A DNA stretch of 64,000 bases from Agathobacter sp. (GTDB taxonomy: Bacteria > Bacillota > Clostridia > Lachnospirales > Lachnospiraceae): assembly GCA_022775045.1 (NCBI GenBank), contig JALFLB010000011.1, positions 23,384 to 87,383 of the forward strand, written 5' to 3'. The notes below the pieces were generated by a model. The model saw only the letters and a list, made by a program, of their open reading frames with translations. It ran no database searches and was not told where the DNA came from. Positions within the stretch are counted from its first letter, which is position 1; each line of letters starts with the position of its first letter. Below are positions 40,345 to 49,825 of the stretch, piece by piece. A program made the translations under genes and the position numbers.

Positions 40345-41089
40345 AATTTGTTTTTGAAGCAAGTGCCTTGTTGAGCATCTCCTGAACGATATTTTCGCAA
40401 TAAGAAGCGATATGTTTCTGCTCTTCACGAGAGAGCTCAGATAATAGAATTGGTTCCCCGTAGGTTAATGTTACATTTGTGCCATGTATCCACGGAAAAT
40501 GTTTTTCAAATACATCATCCGTTCCGGTCAAAACCATAGGGATAATCGGACAACCGGTTTTTTGGGCAATCTTGAATGAACCATCTTTAAAAGGAAGCAG
40601 GGAAGCAGGATCGTCTGCATTTCGATTGCGGGTTCCTTCTGGAAAGATACACATGGATATGCCGGATTTAATCTGATCAATCGCTGTCAGGATAACTTTT
40701 AATCCCTGCTTAAGGTCTTTACGATCCAAAAAGAGACAGTACAAGCGCTTCATCCATAAGCCGAGGATAGGGACCTTATTGATTCCGTCTTTGGCGATGT
40801 ATCCAGTCAGCCTCGGGCAGCGAGCATAGGTGACAACGATATCGAAAAAACTGCGATGATTACCGATGTAAAGCACAGCTTGATCTTTAGGGACATTTTC
40901 TTCCCCTTTTACTGTGAGCTTGATACCGGACAGAAACGAAACGCAACGGAATCCCCATTGGACGATTCGAAGCTGGCTGACATCAGCGGCACGCCGGTTA
41001 AATTTTGCGATGATCCATTCTACACCGAGAACCGGCAGTCCGAGCACAAGAAAGAGGAACACATAGAGTACAACAATAAATGTTCGCAT
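40343..41089 (-). CDS. 1-acyl-sn-glycerol-3-phosphate acyltransferase (PlsC family)
   Basis: NHRSFFD, FLDR, FPEGTR and FKDGSF. Confidence 0.92.
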   Translation of the reverse strand: MRTFIVVLYVFLFLVLGLPVLGVEWIIAKFNRRAADVSQLRIVQWGFRCVSFLSGIKLTVKGEENVPKDQAVLYIGNHRSFFDIVVTYARCPRLTGYIAKDGINKVPILGLWMKRLYCLFLDRKDLKQGLKVILTAIDQIKSGISMCIFPEGTRNRNADDPASLLPFKDGSFKIAQKTGCPIIPMVLTGTDDVFEKHFPWIHGTNVTLTYGEPILLSELSREEQKHIASYCENIVQEMLNKALASKTN

Positions 41090-41212
41090 TTTTAACCTCT
41101 CTTTATGATATATTTTGTTTATACAATAATAGTATAGTAAAAAAACGGTATCAAATCAATGATTGATGCATAGAATTGCATAAGATATCAATCGAATGGA
41201 TGCAGAAATAAA

Positions 41213-41620
41213 ATGAAAAAATGGCTCGAAGTGATGGTGTTACTAATGGTATTTTCCATGCTTGCCGGTGGATGTGTGATGCAGCAGGGAAAGGAAAAGC
41301 TGGAAGATTTAGAATTTACAGTGACAAAGCAACAGGATCTGCCTGCGGCGTTGCAAGAGCAGATAGAGAAAAAAAAGGAGGAAAATTTCAGTCTTACATA
41401 TAGCGATAATGAATACCTTTATCTTGCACGAGGATATGGAATTCAGGAAACCGGAGGATATAGCATTTCTGTGGATGATTGTTATCGGACGGAAAATGCG
41501 ATCTGTGTCAAGACAACACTGCATGGACCACAGGTGGGGGAGGATGTGGCAAAGTCGCCAAGTTACCCGTATCTTGTCATAAAGCTGGAGCTGCGATCGG
41601 AACCTGTCATTTTTCAGTAA
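41213..41620 (+). CDS. PrcB C-terminal-domain lipoprotein
   Basis: Lipobox LAGGC and GIQETGGYSI...SYPYLVIK. Confidence 0.7.
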   Translation: MKKWLEVMVLLMVFSMLAGGCVMQQGKEKLEDLEFTVTKQQDLPAALQEQIEKKKEENFSLTYSDNEYLYLARGYGIQETGGYSISVDDCYRTENAICVKTTLHGPQVGEDVAKSPSYPYLVIKLELRSEPVIFQ

Positions 41621-41732
41621 AAATTGCAAGGTACTTATGTACTATTGCCAAAATTTTAACACTCTGCTATACTAAAGCTACTAGATATTGTATTATTCTA
41701 GAATAATCAGCTCAAAATAGAGGAGGTACAAT

Positions 41733-41975
41733 ATGGAACAGGCAGAAATCAGCAAGGTTCGGGCATCCGTTCATCAGCAGTGCGGCAGCAGAGTTAAGAT
41801 TCAGCTGGATCGAGGACGAAATAAAGTGGATATTCAGGAAGGCGTTATCCAGAGAGCTTACCCAAGTGTTTTTACGGTACTTGTAGATGATGAGCGTGAG
41901 GAAAATCCTCCTCAGTTATTATCATTCAGTTATACTGATATTATTACGAAGGATATTCGTATGAAGCTCTGCTAA
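41733..41975 (+). CDS. veg: Veg-family protein
   Basis: GRNK...EGVIQRAYPSVFTV...SFSYTDIIT. Confidence 0.85.
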   Translation: MEQAEISKVRASVHQQCGSRVKIQLDRGRNKVDIQEGVIQRAYPSVFTVLVDDEREENPPQLLSFSYTDIITKDIRMKLC

Positions 41976-42000
41976 TGACAGAATCATCATTTTTTATGGA

Positions 42001-42063
42001 ATAAAGTTCTCTCTCTTTGAATAAGTATTTTTATACGAAGTTTGAAGAGAGGGAATTTTTTTG
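42001..42063 (+). promoter_or_regulatory. SigE-type promoter plus RBS-masking hairpin of the SPOCS-LysM gene
   Basis: ATA (42001-42003), 16 bp, AATAAGT (42020-42026). 16-bp stem 42003-42018 / 42044-42059 (3 G.U pairs) covers the RBS. Confidence 0.65.
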
Positions 42064-43626
42064 ATGGAGTTAAAGAAACAGTCATTTAATCAGAATTTGC
42101 AAAAAGGAAAGGCTTTCACACAGGTAACACTGGACGATGACTGCATTGTTCGTGATAGTAAGCCTGATGTCATCAAGATTATACATACGAAAGGCAGTAT
42201 TATTTTTGAAGAGGTTAAAGTAAGCAGCCAGACAGTCTGGGTTACCGGACAGTTAAAATTTACTGTGCTTTACCGTAGTGATGGGGGTGGTAATAAACTG
42301 GAAACATTATCTGATTCTGTGAATTTTGGTGAAAAAATATTCATGGATGAAGTGGAGGAACTAGATCAGGTAAAATTGAGTGGACGGCTTGAGGATCTGA
42401 GCATTACGGCCATTAATTCCCGTAAATTGGCAGTGCGTGCGGTGGTGGGGATTCAGGCAGTTTGCGAACAGCAGGAGGAAGAGGAGCTGGTAAGTTCTGT
42501 GATTGCTGGAGAGGAGGTTCAGCAGCGGAAGGAAACCCGTCAGATGTTATTGCTCATGACCTCCAAAAAAGATCTGATACGTACACACAATGAGATGACT
42601 TTGCCTGGAAGTAATCCGAATGTGGGCCGAATCATTTACTATCATGTAGATATTCGAAACAAAGAAGTCGTGCTTACGGGGAATCTTGTCCAGATGAAGG
42701 GGGAAGCTTTTCTCAGCGTGCTGTATCTGAGTGTGGAAGGTCAGATGGAGTGGTATGAGACAATGGCTCCTTTTACGGGAAGCATGGATTGTGAGACAGG
42801 CGGTCAGCAGCCTATTTATTGGATTCGCACGAATCCGGCAGATATAGAATTAGAACTGATTGGAGACTATGATGGGGAAATGCGTAGTCTGAGTCTGGAT
42901 ATGACATTTGATGTGGATATAAAAATCTGGCAGGAACAGGAGATGGAGATTTTAGCGGATGTGTATTCACTATCAGAAAATTTGATTCCTCAGACACAGC
43001 AAACACGCACATGGAAGCTTTTGGTAAAAAACGAAGCAAAACTCCGGGTATCCCAGCAAATGAAATTGGCGGATGGACAGGAGCGTATTTTACAGTTGTG
43101 CTCTTATGAAGGAACAGTTGCAATCGATCAGATAGAACCGGTTGACAATGGTCTTAAGGTTGAGGGAATCCTGTCTGTACATATTCTTTATGCAACAACG
43201 GATGACAGTTTTCCGGTTGCCCATACCTTTGAACAGCTGCCTTTTACACAGATTATAGATGTGCAGGGAATGGCAGCAAATGCAAGGGATATAGTCTATG
43301 AACTGGAGCCGGGAATTGATCAGCTTGCAGTGAATCTTTTGGATAATGAGAGATATGAAATCAAAGCATCGATATCATTGGCTGCACTGGTATTGAAGGA
43401 AGAATGTTTCGATAAGATTGTAGAAATCCGGGAAGAAGCGCTTGATGTGGAGCAGCTTTCGAATCAGCCGGGGATAACCGGTTACATGGTACGTTCGGAG
43501 GAATCACTTTGGGATATTGCAAAAAGATATCACACAACGGAAGATGAGATTATGCGTACTAATGGGCTCAAGTCTCGTAATTTCAGAGGGGGTGAGAAAT
43601 TAGTGATTGTAAAAAGTGTTAGCTGA
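42061..43626 (+). CDS. SPOCS (DUF3794) repeat plus C-terminal LysM spore coat morphogenetic protein (SipL-like)
   Basis: Three DUF3794-like repeats and LysM YMVRSEESLWDIAKRYHTT. Confidence 0.85.
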   Translation: MMELKKQSFNQNLQKGKAFTQVTLDDDCIVRDSKPDVIKIIHTKGSIIFEEVKVSSQTVWVTGQLKFTVLYRSDGGGNKLETLSDSVNFGEKIFMDEVEELDQVKLSGRLEDLSITAINSRKLAVRAVVGIQAVCEQQEEEELVSSVIAGEEVQQRKETRQMLLLMTSKKDLIRTHNEMTLPGSNPNVGRIIYYHVDIRNKEVVLTGNLVQMKGEAFLSVLYLSVEGQMEWYETMAPFTGSMDCETGGQQPIYWIRTNPADIELELIGDYDGEMRSLSLDMTFDVDIKIWQEQEMEILADVYSLSENLIPQTQQTRTWKLLVKNEAKLRVSQQMKLADGQERILQLCSYEGTVAIDQIEPVDNGLKVEGILSVHILYATTDDSFPVAHTFEQLPFTQIIDVQGMAANARDIVYELEPGIDQLAVNLLDNERYEIKASISLAALVLKEECFDKIVEIREEALDVEQLSNQPGITGYMVRSEESLWDIAKRYHTTEDEIMRTNGLKSRNFRGGEKLVIVKSVS

Positions 43627-43678
43627 TGATAAGATTTTTAGGTAATTATTTTAAAAATATATACAAGAGGAGAAAGAT

Positions 43679-44947
43679 ATGGATAACGATAATAATAAAA
43701 ATTCATTTCAGGACTATTCTGCACCTGAACCCTATGATCCGGATGCACAGTATGGATTTCCATCCCGTAATGCAGCGCAGACAGATCAGCAGACCACCCA
43801 GCAGCAGTATACGCAGCAGACCGATCAGCAGACTGTGGGGCAGACGGCACAGAGTACCGGTGGTTATAATCTGAACGGACAGTATTACCAGAATAGCAGT
43901 GGCAGCTATAATGCGGGAACGGGAAATCCGAATGCAGCGTATGGAATGCCAAACGATAGTGGATATCATTATGGAGGCGGCGATTACGGTTCTACTGCAA
44001 GAACCGTTCCGCTTGACAGGAAAGGGCGGCCGCTTCGAAACCGGTTTGGAATGAAATTGACCTTTTCCATTCTTGGAGTTGTTTTTGGGCTGATTTTTAT
44101 GTTTTTGAGTCCGTGTTATGGGCTGATACCGCTTGTTTTGTCTATTATTGCGCTGGTATTTACCTGTATGCAGAATAAACATTATAAAGAAGGAAACTGG
44201 CCTGTTTTCCAATCGACGGCAAAAGTTTCGGCGGTACTGCTCTGGGTGAATCTTGGAGTTTGGGTTGTAATCCTGATTTTCTTTATCATTGCAATGATTG
44301 TTTTATTCTCAATTGGAAATGATTTTTTTGATGAACTTGGGCTTGATGATATGAATCTTCCATCGTCCGGTTATGAATCTGATTATGGTTCAGATGATAA
44401 GGATGATGCTCCGGTGAAAAAAGATGGGGAGATTCATAGTCTGGAAGGGGAGCGAGTACCGGATGTAGAAGGGTTCAACCAGTTTACGCTTCAGGGGGAG
44501 ACATTTACTATTCCGATGTCCGTGGATGATTTTTATGAAGCAGGATTTTATCTGCAGGAGGATTCACAGAAGGAGAATTTGGAACCGGAGAACTCCAACG
44601 GATACGCTTATTATGATGCGGACGGGAATTATCTGGGGACGCTTTTTGTGTACAATACAACAGATAGATCCATTCAGGTGAAAGACGGTATGATCGGTGG
44701 AATTACGGTTAATCAAATAGACGGAATCGATTTTCAGATGGTTGGAGGATTGACATTTGACAGTTCGCTGAAGGATGCTGCAGCAGTGTTGGGAACAGCT
44801 GTTACGGACATGGATGAATCTGGTGCATATGGGTATTATCAATGGTATTTTGAAAATGGCGGTTATGCAACTAGTGTGGAGCTGGATTTTGATGAGGATA
44901 AGATGAATGAGGTCTGGATCATGAACTATGCAGAATTGAAAGATTAA
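43679..44947 (+). CDS. Hypothetical membrane protein with a Q/T/Y/G-rich low-complexity N-terminus
   Basis: 422-aa ORF with a good RBS, TM segments in the middle and an acidic C-terminal domain. Confidence 0.75.
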   Translation: MDNDNNKNSFQDYSAPEPYDPDAQYGFPSRNAAQTDQQTTQQQYTQQTDQQTVGQTAQSTGGYNLNGQYYQNSSGSYNAGTGNPNAAYGMPNDSGYHYGGGDYGSTARTVPLDRKGRPLRNRFGMKLTFSILGVVFGLIFMFLSPCYGLIPLVLSIIALVFTCMQNKHYKEGNWPVFQSTAKVSAVLLWVNLGVWVVILIFFIIAMIVLFSIGNDFFDELGLDDMNLPSSGYESDYGSDDKDDAPVKKDGEIHSLEGERVPDVEGFNQFTLQGETFTIPMSVDDFYEAGFYLQEDSQKENLEPENSNGYAYYDADGNYLGTLFVYNTTDRSIQVKDGMIGGITVNQIDGIDFQMVGGLTFDSSLKDAAAVLGTAVTDMDESGAYGYYQWYFENGGYATSVELDFDEDKMNEVWIMNYAELKD

Positions 44948-44957
44948 AAAGATTTTT

Positions 44958-44987
44958 CCCCGGGTATTAGGCCCGGGGTTTTATTTT
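44958..44987 (+). terminator. Intrinsic terminator
   Basis: CCCCGGG/CCCGGGG stem plus T-rich tail. Confidence 0.7.
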
Positions 44988-45092
44988 GAAGAAAAAGTTT
45001 AAATTTCTATAAATACTAATAAAAACCAGTGGAAAAAAAATGCATTTTGTGACAAAATAAGAAGAGGTATAAGAACGGATAGGAGGCTAAAA

Positions 45093-46328
45093 ATGCGTTG
45101 TAGATTACACAGGAATAAAAAAAGAAAACATGGAGTACATACAAGGCTTTATTCCGCAATCTTGGTGCTGGCGCTCGGCGTATCGCTGCTTTCCGGCGCA
45201 TATTGTGTGCCGGCTGTCTATGCGAGAACAGAGGCGGAGAGGCAGCGTGATAAGTATAAGGATAAGTTAAAGGAGACGAACGACGATATCAAGGATATCA
45301 AGAACAATCAGGAGGATGTTTCTAAGGACTTAAAAACAGCGGCCGCAAATATGAATGCGCTGCTTGCCAAGCAGGAGACCTTAAAGGGCGATATCAGTAA
45401 GAAGCAGGCAGAGGTTGAGAAGGCAAATGATTCTTTAGTTGAGGCCAAGCGTGTCGAAAAGGAACAGTACGAAGCGATGAAGCTCCGGATTCAGTATATG
45501 TATGAGAATAGTACAGATAATTCCATCTGGACGGCAATTGTTGAGTCTGATGGCCTGGCCGATATGCTGAACCGTATTGAGTATGCGACAGATCTCTACC
45601 AGTCAGACCGAGATCTGATGGATTCTTATGAGACTGCAGTACAACAGGTGGAAGATTGGACACAGCAGCTTGCGGTGGAGATGGAAAATCTTCTTGCTCT
45701 GAAGGATGAATATGATAAGCAGCAGGATGATCTGGATGTTTTGATTGCCCGGCTTGAGGAGAAAAAAGAGGATTATGCGCAGCAGCTTGCAGATGCGAAG
45801 GCGCAGGCAGCTGATTACAAGCAGACAGTTAATAAATACGAGGAGATTATACGGGCACAGGAGGCAGCTGCAGCCCAGCAGAATCCAAATAGTTATGACG
45901 GTGGAGGTTCCGGTGCCAGCGGAGGAATCGGAAGTGATTCCTATTTGCAGGATCCAAGCTGTAATCCGTCGAATGCCACCAATGTGAGTGGTGCAGAGGT
46001 GGTTGCATACGCACGGCAGTTTGTTGGAAATCCTTATGTATGGGGAGGAAACAGTTTGACGAACGGATGTGACTGTTCGGGATTTGTACATTTGGTTTTC
46101 CAGCATTTTGGAATTAGTACACCGCGATATTCACAGGCCTTTAAGACGGTGGGACAGCCAGTGTCCTACCAGAATATTCAGGCGGGAGATGTTGTTGTGT
46201 ATCCGGGACATGTGGCAATTTATATTGGAAATGGCTGCATTGTTGAAGCACAGTCCACAAAGGCAGGTATTACTGAGACTCGTTCGGTTAACTGTCATAC
46301 TATTACTGCAATCCGCAGGCTGGTATAG
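45093..46328 (+). CDS. Coiled-coil NlpC/P60 peptidoglycan endopeptidase (PcsB/CwlO-like)
   Basis: Signal peptide, long coiled coil and NPYVWGG...DCSGFV...GHVAIY. Confidence 0.9.
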   Translation: MRCRLHRNKKRKHGVHTRLYSAILVLALGVSLLSGAYCVPAVYARTEAERQRDKYKDKLKETNDDIKDIKNNQEDVSKDLKTAAANMNALLAKQETLKGDISKKQAEVEKANDSLVEAKRVEKEQYEAMKLRIQYMYENSTDNSIWTAIVESDGLADMLNRIEYATDLYQSDRDLMDSYETAVQQVEDWTQQLAVEMENLLALKDEYDKQQDDLDVLIARLEEKKEDYAQQLADAKAQAADYKQTVNKYEEIIRAQEAAAAQQNPNSYDGGGSGASGGIGSDSYLQDPSCNPSNATNVSGAEVVAYARQFVGNPYVWGGNSLTNGCDCSGFVHLVFQHFGISTPRYSQAFKTVGQPVSYQNIQAGDVVVYPGHVAIYIGNGCIVEAQSTKAGITETRSVNCHTITAIRRLV

Positions 46329-46337
46329 AGGGAAAGG

Positions 46338-47030
46338 ATGCAGATTATGGCAGAGATAAAGCCGGTAAAAGGAGGCATCCACAAATTTTTTGTTACGGCT
46401 GTTTTACTTGCTATTCTTGTCTTTTTTTTGATTGGAACGAGGTGGGAGAGCCGCCAGAGAGATCCTCTTGTTTATCGGGATTCGCTTGAAATGAAAGCTG
46501 TGACTGTGAATGGGAATGAATTGACACTTCGGGATCTGGCCTTTTATGTGGCCTATGAGGAAGCCGAAGTGCAGCGGCAGGCTGTCGTCTATGACGCAGA
46601 TAATCCGATCCGGTATTGGAATGCAAATATGGGCGGAACCTACACAAGGGTTGCAGCACGTAATATTTCCATGCAGATGGCAATTCACGATGAAGTCTTT
46701 TACCAGATGGCAATGGAGGAAGGAATTGAACTGAGTGAGGCGGATGAGAGCGCACTTGCGGATGTGGAACAGGATTTCTGGTCGGATTTGATTATGATCG
46801 ATGGGGATCAGCGCATGGGGATTTCCGAGAAAGATATTCAGATGACAATGCGTAAGATGGCGCTGGCTCAGAAATATCAGGAAATTTATGCTGAACTGAA
46901 TAATAAATCTTATGAGGATTATGATTTTACAGAAGCACCGTATAAGAAGCTTTTGAAGAAGCAGGATTATAAGATCCATGATAAGGTGTGGAAAAGGGTA
47001 AGTATGGGAAGTATCACCCTAAATCAGTAA
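46338..47030 (+). CDS. Hypothetical protein, SurA N-terminal-like
   Basis: One TM helix followed by a helical domain (VTVNGNELT...MAMEEGIELSE). Confidence 0.6.
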   Translation: MQIMAEIKPVKGGIHKFFVTAVLLAILVFFLIGTRWESRQRDPLVYRDSLEMKAVTVNGNELTLRDLAFYVAYEEAEVQRQAVVYDADNPIRYWNANMGGTYTRVAARNISMQMAIHDEVFYQMAMEEGIELSEADESALADVEQDFWSDLIMIDGDQRMGISEKDIQMTMRKMALAQKYQEIYAELNNKSYEDYDFTEAPYKKLLKKQDYKIHDKVWKRVSMGSITLNQ

Positions 47031-47061
47031 GTGATTGCAAAATTAAAGGAGCAAATGTAAT

Positions 47062-47937
47062 ATGTCAGTAAAATTAGGAAGAAATGATCCCTGTTGGTGT
47101 GGCAGCGGGAAAAAATATAAAGCGTGTCATGCAGCATTTGATGATAAGATTGCGCGTTTTGCGCAGGAGGGACATCAGGTACCAACAAAAGATTTGATTA
47201 AGACACCCGAACAGATTGCAGGGATTAAGGAGAGCGCGAAGATAAACATTGCGGTACTCGACTACATTGAGAAAAATATTCATGCCGGCATGAATACGGC
47301 TGAGATTGATAAAATTGTCTATGATATGACGACCAGTATGGGGGGGATTCCGGCACCACTGAATTATGAAGGATATCCCTATAGTGTATGTACTTCCGTT
47401 AATGAGCAGGTGTGTCATGGATTCCCTTCTGAAGATGTTGTTTTAAAGGAAGGCGATATTATCAACGTGGACTGTTCGACAATTTTGAATGGATATTTTT
47501 CGGATTCTTCAAGAATGTTCTGTATTGGAGAAGTAAGTCCGGAGAAAAAGCGTCTGGTGGAGGTCACCAAGGAGTGCGTGGAGCTGGGGCTGAAAGAAGT
47601 GAAGCCCTGGGGCTTCTTAGGAGATATGGGGCAGGCAGTTCATGACCATGCCTATCAGAATGGATATACAGTTGTGCGGGAGATTGGCGGACACGGTGTG
47701 GGACTGGAGTTTCATGAAGAACCGTGGGTAGGCTACAATTCGAAGCGTGGAACTCAGATGCTGTTGGTTCCAGGTATGATATTTACGATCGAGCCGATGG
47801 TTAATATGGGTGGAGTTGAGATTTACATTGATGACGAGAACGACTGGGAGGTTTATACCGAAGATGGTAAACCGTCTGCACAGTGGGAAATCATGGTTCT
47901 GGTGACAGAAGACGGAGCAGAGGTTCTGTGCTGGTAA
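47062..47937 (+). CDS. map: Methionine aminopeptidase with N-terminal SEC-C motif
   Basis: GRNDPCWCGSGKKYKACH, CHG, DSSRM, GHGVG...HEEP and IEPM. Confidence 0.95.
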   Translation: MSVKLGRNDPCWCGSGKKYKACHAAFDDKIARFAQEGHQVPTKDLIKTPEQIAGIKESAKINIAVLDYIEKNIHAGMNTAEIDKIVYDMTTSMGGIPAPLNYEGYPYSVCTSVNEQVCHGFPSEDVVLKEGDIINVDCSTILNGYFSDSSRMFCIGEVSPEKKRLVEVTKECVELGLKEVKPWGFLGDMGQAVHDHAYQNGYTVVREIGGHGVGLEFHEEPWVGYNSKRGTQMLLVPGMIFTIEPMVNMGGVEIYIDDENDWEVYTEDGKPSAQWEIMVLVTEDGAEVLCW

Positions 47938-47954
47938 AGGATTTTGGGGGAAAA

Positions 47955-48509
47955 ATGAAAGACTGTATTACTACATATACGAAAATTCAATTCAATACAT
48001 TTGAGCCGGAGGAGAATAAAATTTGTATTGAGGACATTGCTCATGCACTTTCAATGATGACACGTGCAAACGGTCATTTTCCGGAGTTTTTCTCTGTGGG
48101 ACAGCATTGCATTCAGTGCTGCCGGGAGGCAGTCGCACGAAATTATGTGCCGGAAACGGCACTTGCCTGTCTTCTGCATGATGGCAGTGAGGCATATCTG
48201 GCTGATGTGACGCGCCCGGTCAAGAAAAATATGACTATGTATCTGCAGATTGAGGAGCAACTGCAAAATATGATTTATCACAAATTTCTGGGCTATGTGC
48301 CACAGGGAGAAGAGGAAGTGCTTGTCAAGAACATAGATGACACCTGCCTGTATTTTGAATTTGCCCATTTTATGGATGAGAGGCTGGCACCTGCAGAGCC
48401 CGTGATGATGAGTGATCCTCATTATGAAGTTCGTCCGATGAAGGAAGTGGAGGAGGAGTTCTTGAAACTTTTCCATCAATTGAAGAAGGAAATTACAGAA
48501 GATGAATAA
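47955..48509 (+). CDS. HD-domain phosphohydrolase (YfbR-like/phage-type nucleotidase family)
   Basis: IEDIAHALS...RANGH...SVGQHC...LLHDGSEAYLADV. Confidence 0.8.
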   Translation: MKDCITTYTKIQFNTFEPEENKICIEDIAHALSMMTRANGHFPEFFSVGQHCIQCCREAVARNYVPETALACLLHDGSEAYLADVTRPVKKNMTMYLQIEEQLQNMIYHKFLGYVPQGEEEVLVKNIDDTCLYFEFAHFMDERLAPAEPVMMSDPHYEVRPMKEVEEEFLKLFHQLKKEITEDE

Positions 48510-49788
48510 AAAGGAAATATTGGAATTAAAGAGAAGATTCAAGAAAGATGCCGCAACCTTTACAAGGGTTTGCGGCTGTTATGTCGATTGCAACCACAAT
48601 AAGATTTGTAAGTTCGGCAATACATTTTTAAATTTGGAGGAAGATGAGTTTTACAAGTATCTGGAAATTGCAAATAAGGCACTGTCCGGAACACTTGGGA
48701 ATAATCTGTTGGAACTGCATTTTCCGATTGAGGAGGAAGAGGTTGGTGGTCGCCAGCAGATTCTGATGGCACTTCGTGAGACAAAGCTTCAGGATGAGGC
48801 ACTGCTTGACACCTATTATGATCTGGTGATTGATTCCTATGACCATGCGGGCAATTATTTGATAGTGCTTTTTCATGATGCTTATGATGTCATGACGCGC
48901 ACCAGTGACAATAACAATCTCGATGAGTCTGAGGAAGTGTATGAGTATCTGATCTGTGCAATCTGTCCTGTGGATCTCTCCAAGCCGGGACTTGGTTTTT
49001 TGGAGAATGAGCAACGAATTGGACCGCGTGTAAGGGACTGGGTTGTGGGAGCTGTGGATACTGCCTTTTTATTTCCGGCATTTAACGATCGAAGCACCGA
49101 TATTCATTCAACGCTTTTCTATACGAAGAATACAAAGGAGCCGCATTCGGAGTTTATGGCAAATGGTCTGGGGTGTGGTGTGGAGCGTACAGCAACAGAG
49201 CAGAAGATGGCGTTTCATTCGATTGTTCGCAATGTGTTAGGAGCAGAGGATGAGCATACGGATGATGTTCTTTTGGATATTCAGCAGAATTTAAGTGAGA
49301 TGATTGATGAGTATCAGGAGACTCATGATGACGAGGAGGATGTGTTCCTGCTGGATAAGGAAGTTGTTGGAAAGCTTTTGGCTGACAGTGATATCTCCGA
49401 GGAGAAGGCGGCGCGTATCGAGAAATCCGTGGATGAGGCATTTGGTGAGAAGCCGCCAATCGCAGAGCATGTGATTGATGCGAAGGCGCTTGTACAGAAC
49501 GAGCTTCGAGTGGAGAAGCTGGCCCTTGAGGATCAGGTTGGAGATCTGACGTTGCAGCTCAACCAGAAGGAAGACGAGTTGAAGGAGCGTACGAACCAGC
49601 TTGTTGAGAAGCAGGAGGAGATTGACAATTATATTGCAGAGACGAAGACGTATGATGTGGTGCTTAGGGTAAAGCCAGAGAAGGCAGCACAGATTCAGTC
49701 GAAGGTAATTGATGGGCAGAAGTGTCTTGTTATTCCGATGAAGGAAGACGAACACGCAACCATAAACGGGGTGAATACTACCGTATAG
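48502..49788 (+). CDS. DUF4317-like acidic protein
   Basis: MNKKEILELKRRF..., FLFPAFNDRSTDIH and C-terminal coiled coil; family recognised from memory. Confidence 0.7.
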   Translation: MNKKEILELKRRFKKDAATFTRVCGCYVDCNHNKICKFGNTFLNLEEDEFYKYLEIANKALSGTLGNNLLELHFPIEEEEVGGRQQILMALRETKLQDEALLDTYYDLVIDSYDHAGNYLIVLFHDAYDVMTRTSDNNNLDESEEVYEYLICAICPVDLSKPGLGFLENEQRIGPRVRDWVVGAVDTAFLFPAFNDRSTDIHSTLFYTKNTKEPHSEFMANGLGCGVERTATEQKMAFHSIVRNVLGAEDEHTDDVLLDIQQNLSEMIDEYQETHDDEEDVFLLDKEVVGKLLADSDISEEKAARIEKSVDEAFGEKPPIAEHVIDAKALVQNELRVEKLALEDQVGDLTLQLNQKEDELKERTNQLVEKQEEIDNYIAETKTYDVVLRVKPEKAAQIQSKVIDGQKCLVIPMKEDEHATINGVNTTV

Positions 49789-49825
49789 TTTAGTTATTGA
49801 TTATTGGGAAAGGAAGAAGAGCCGC

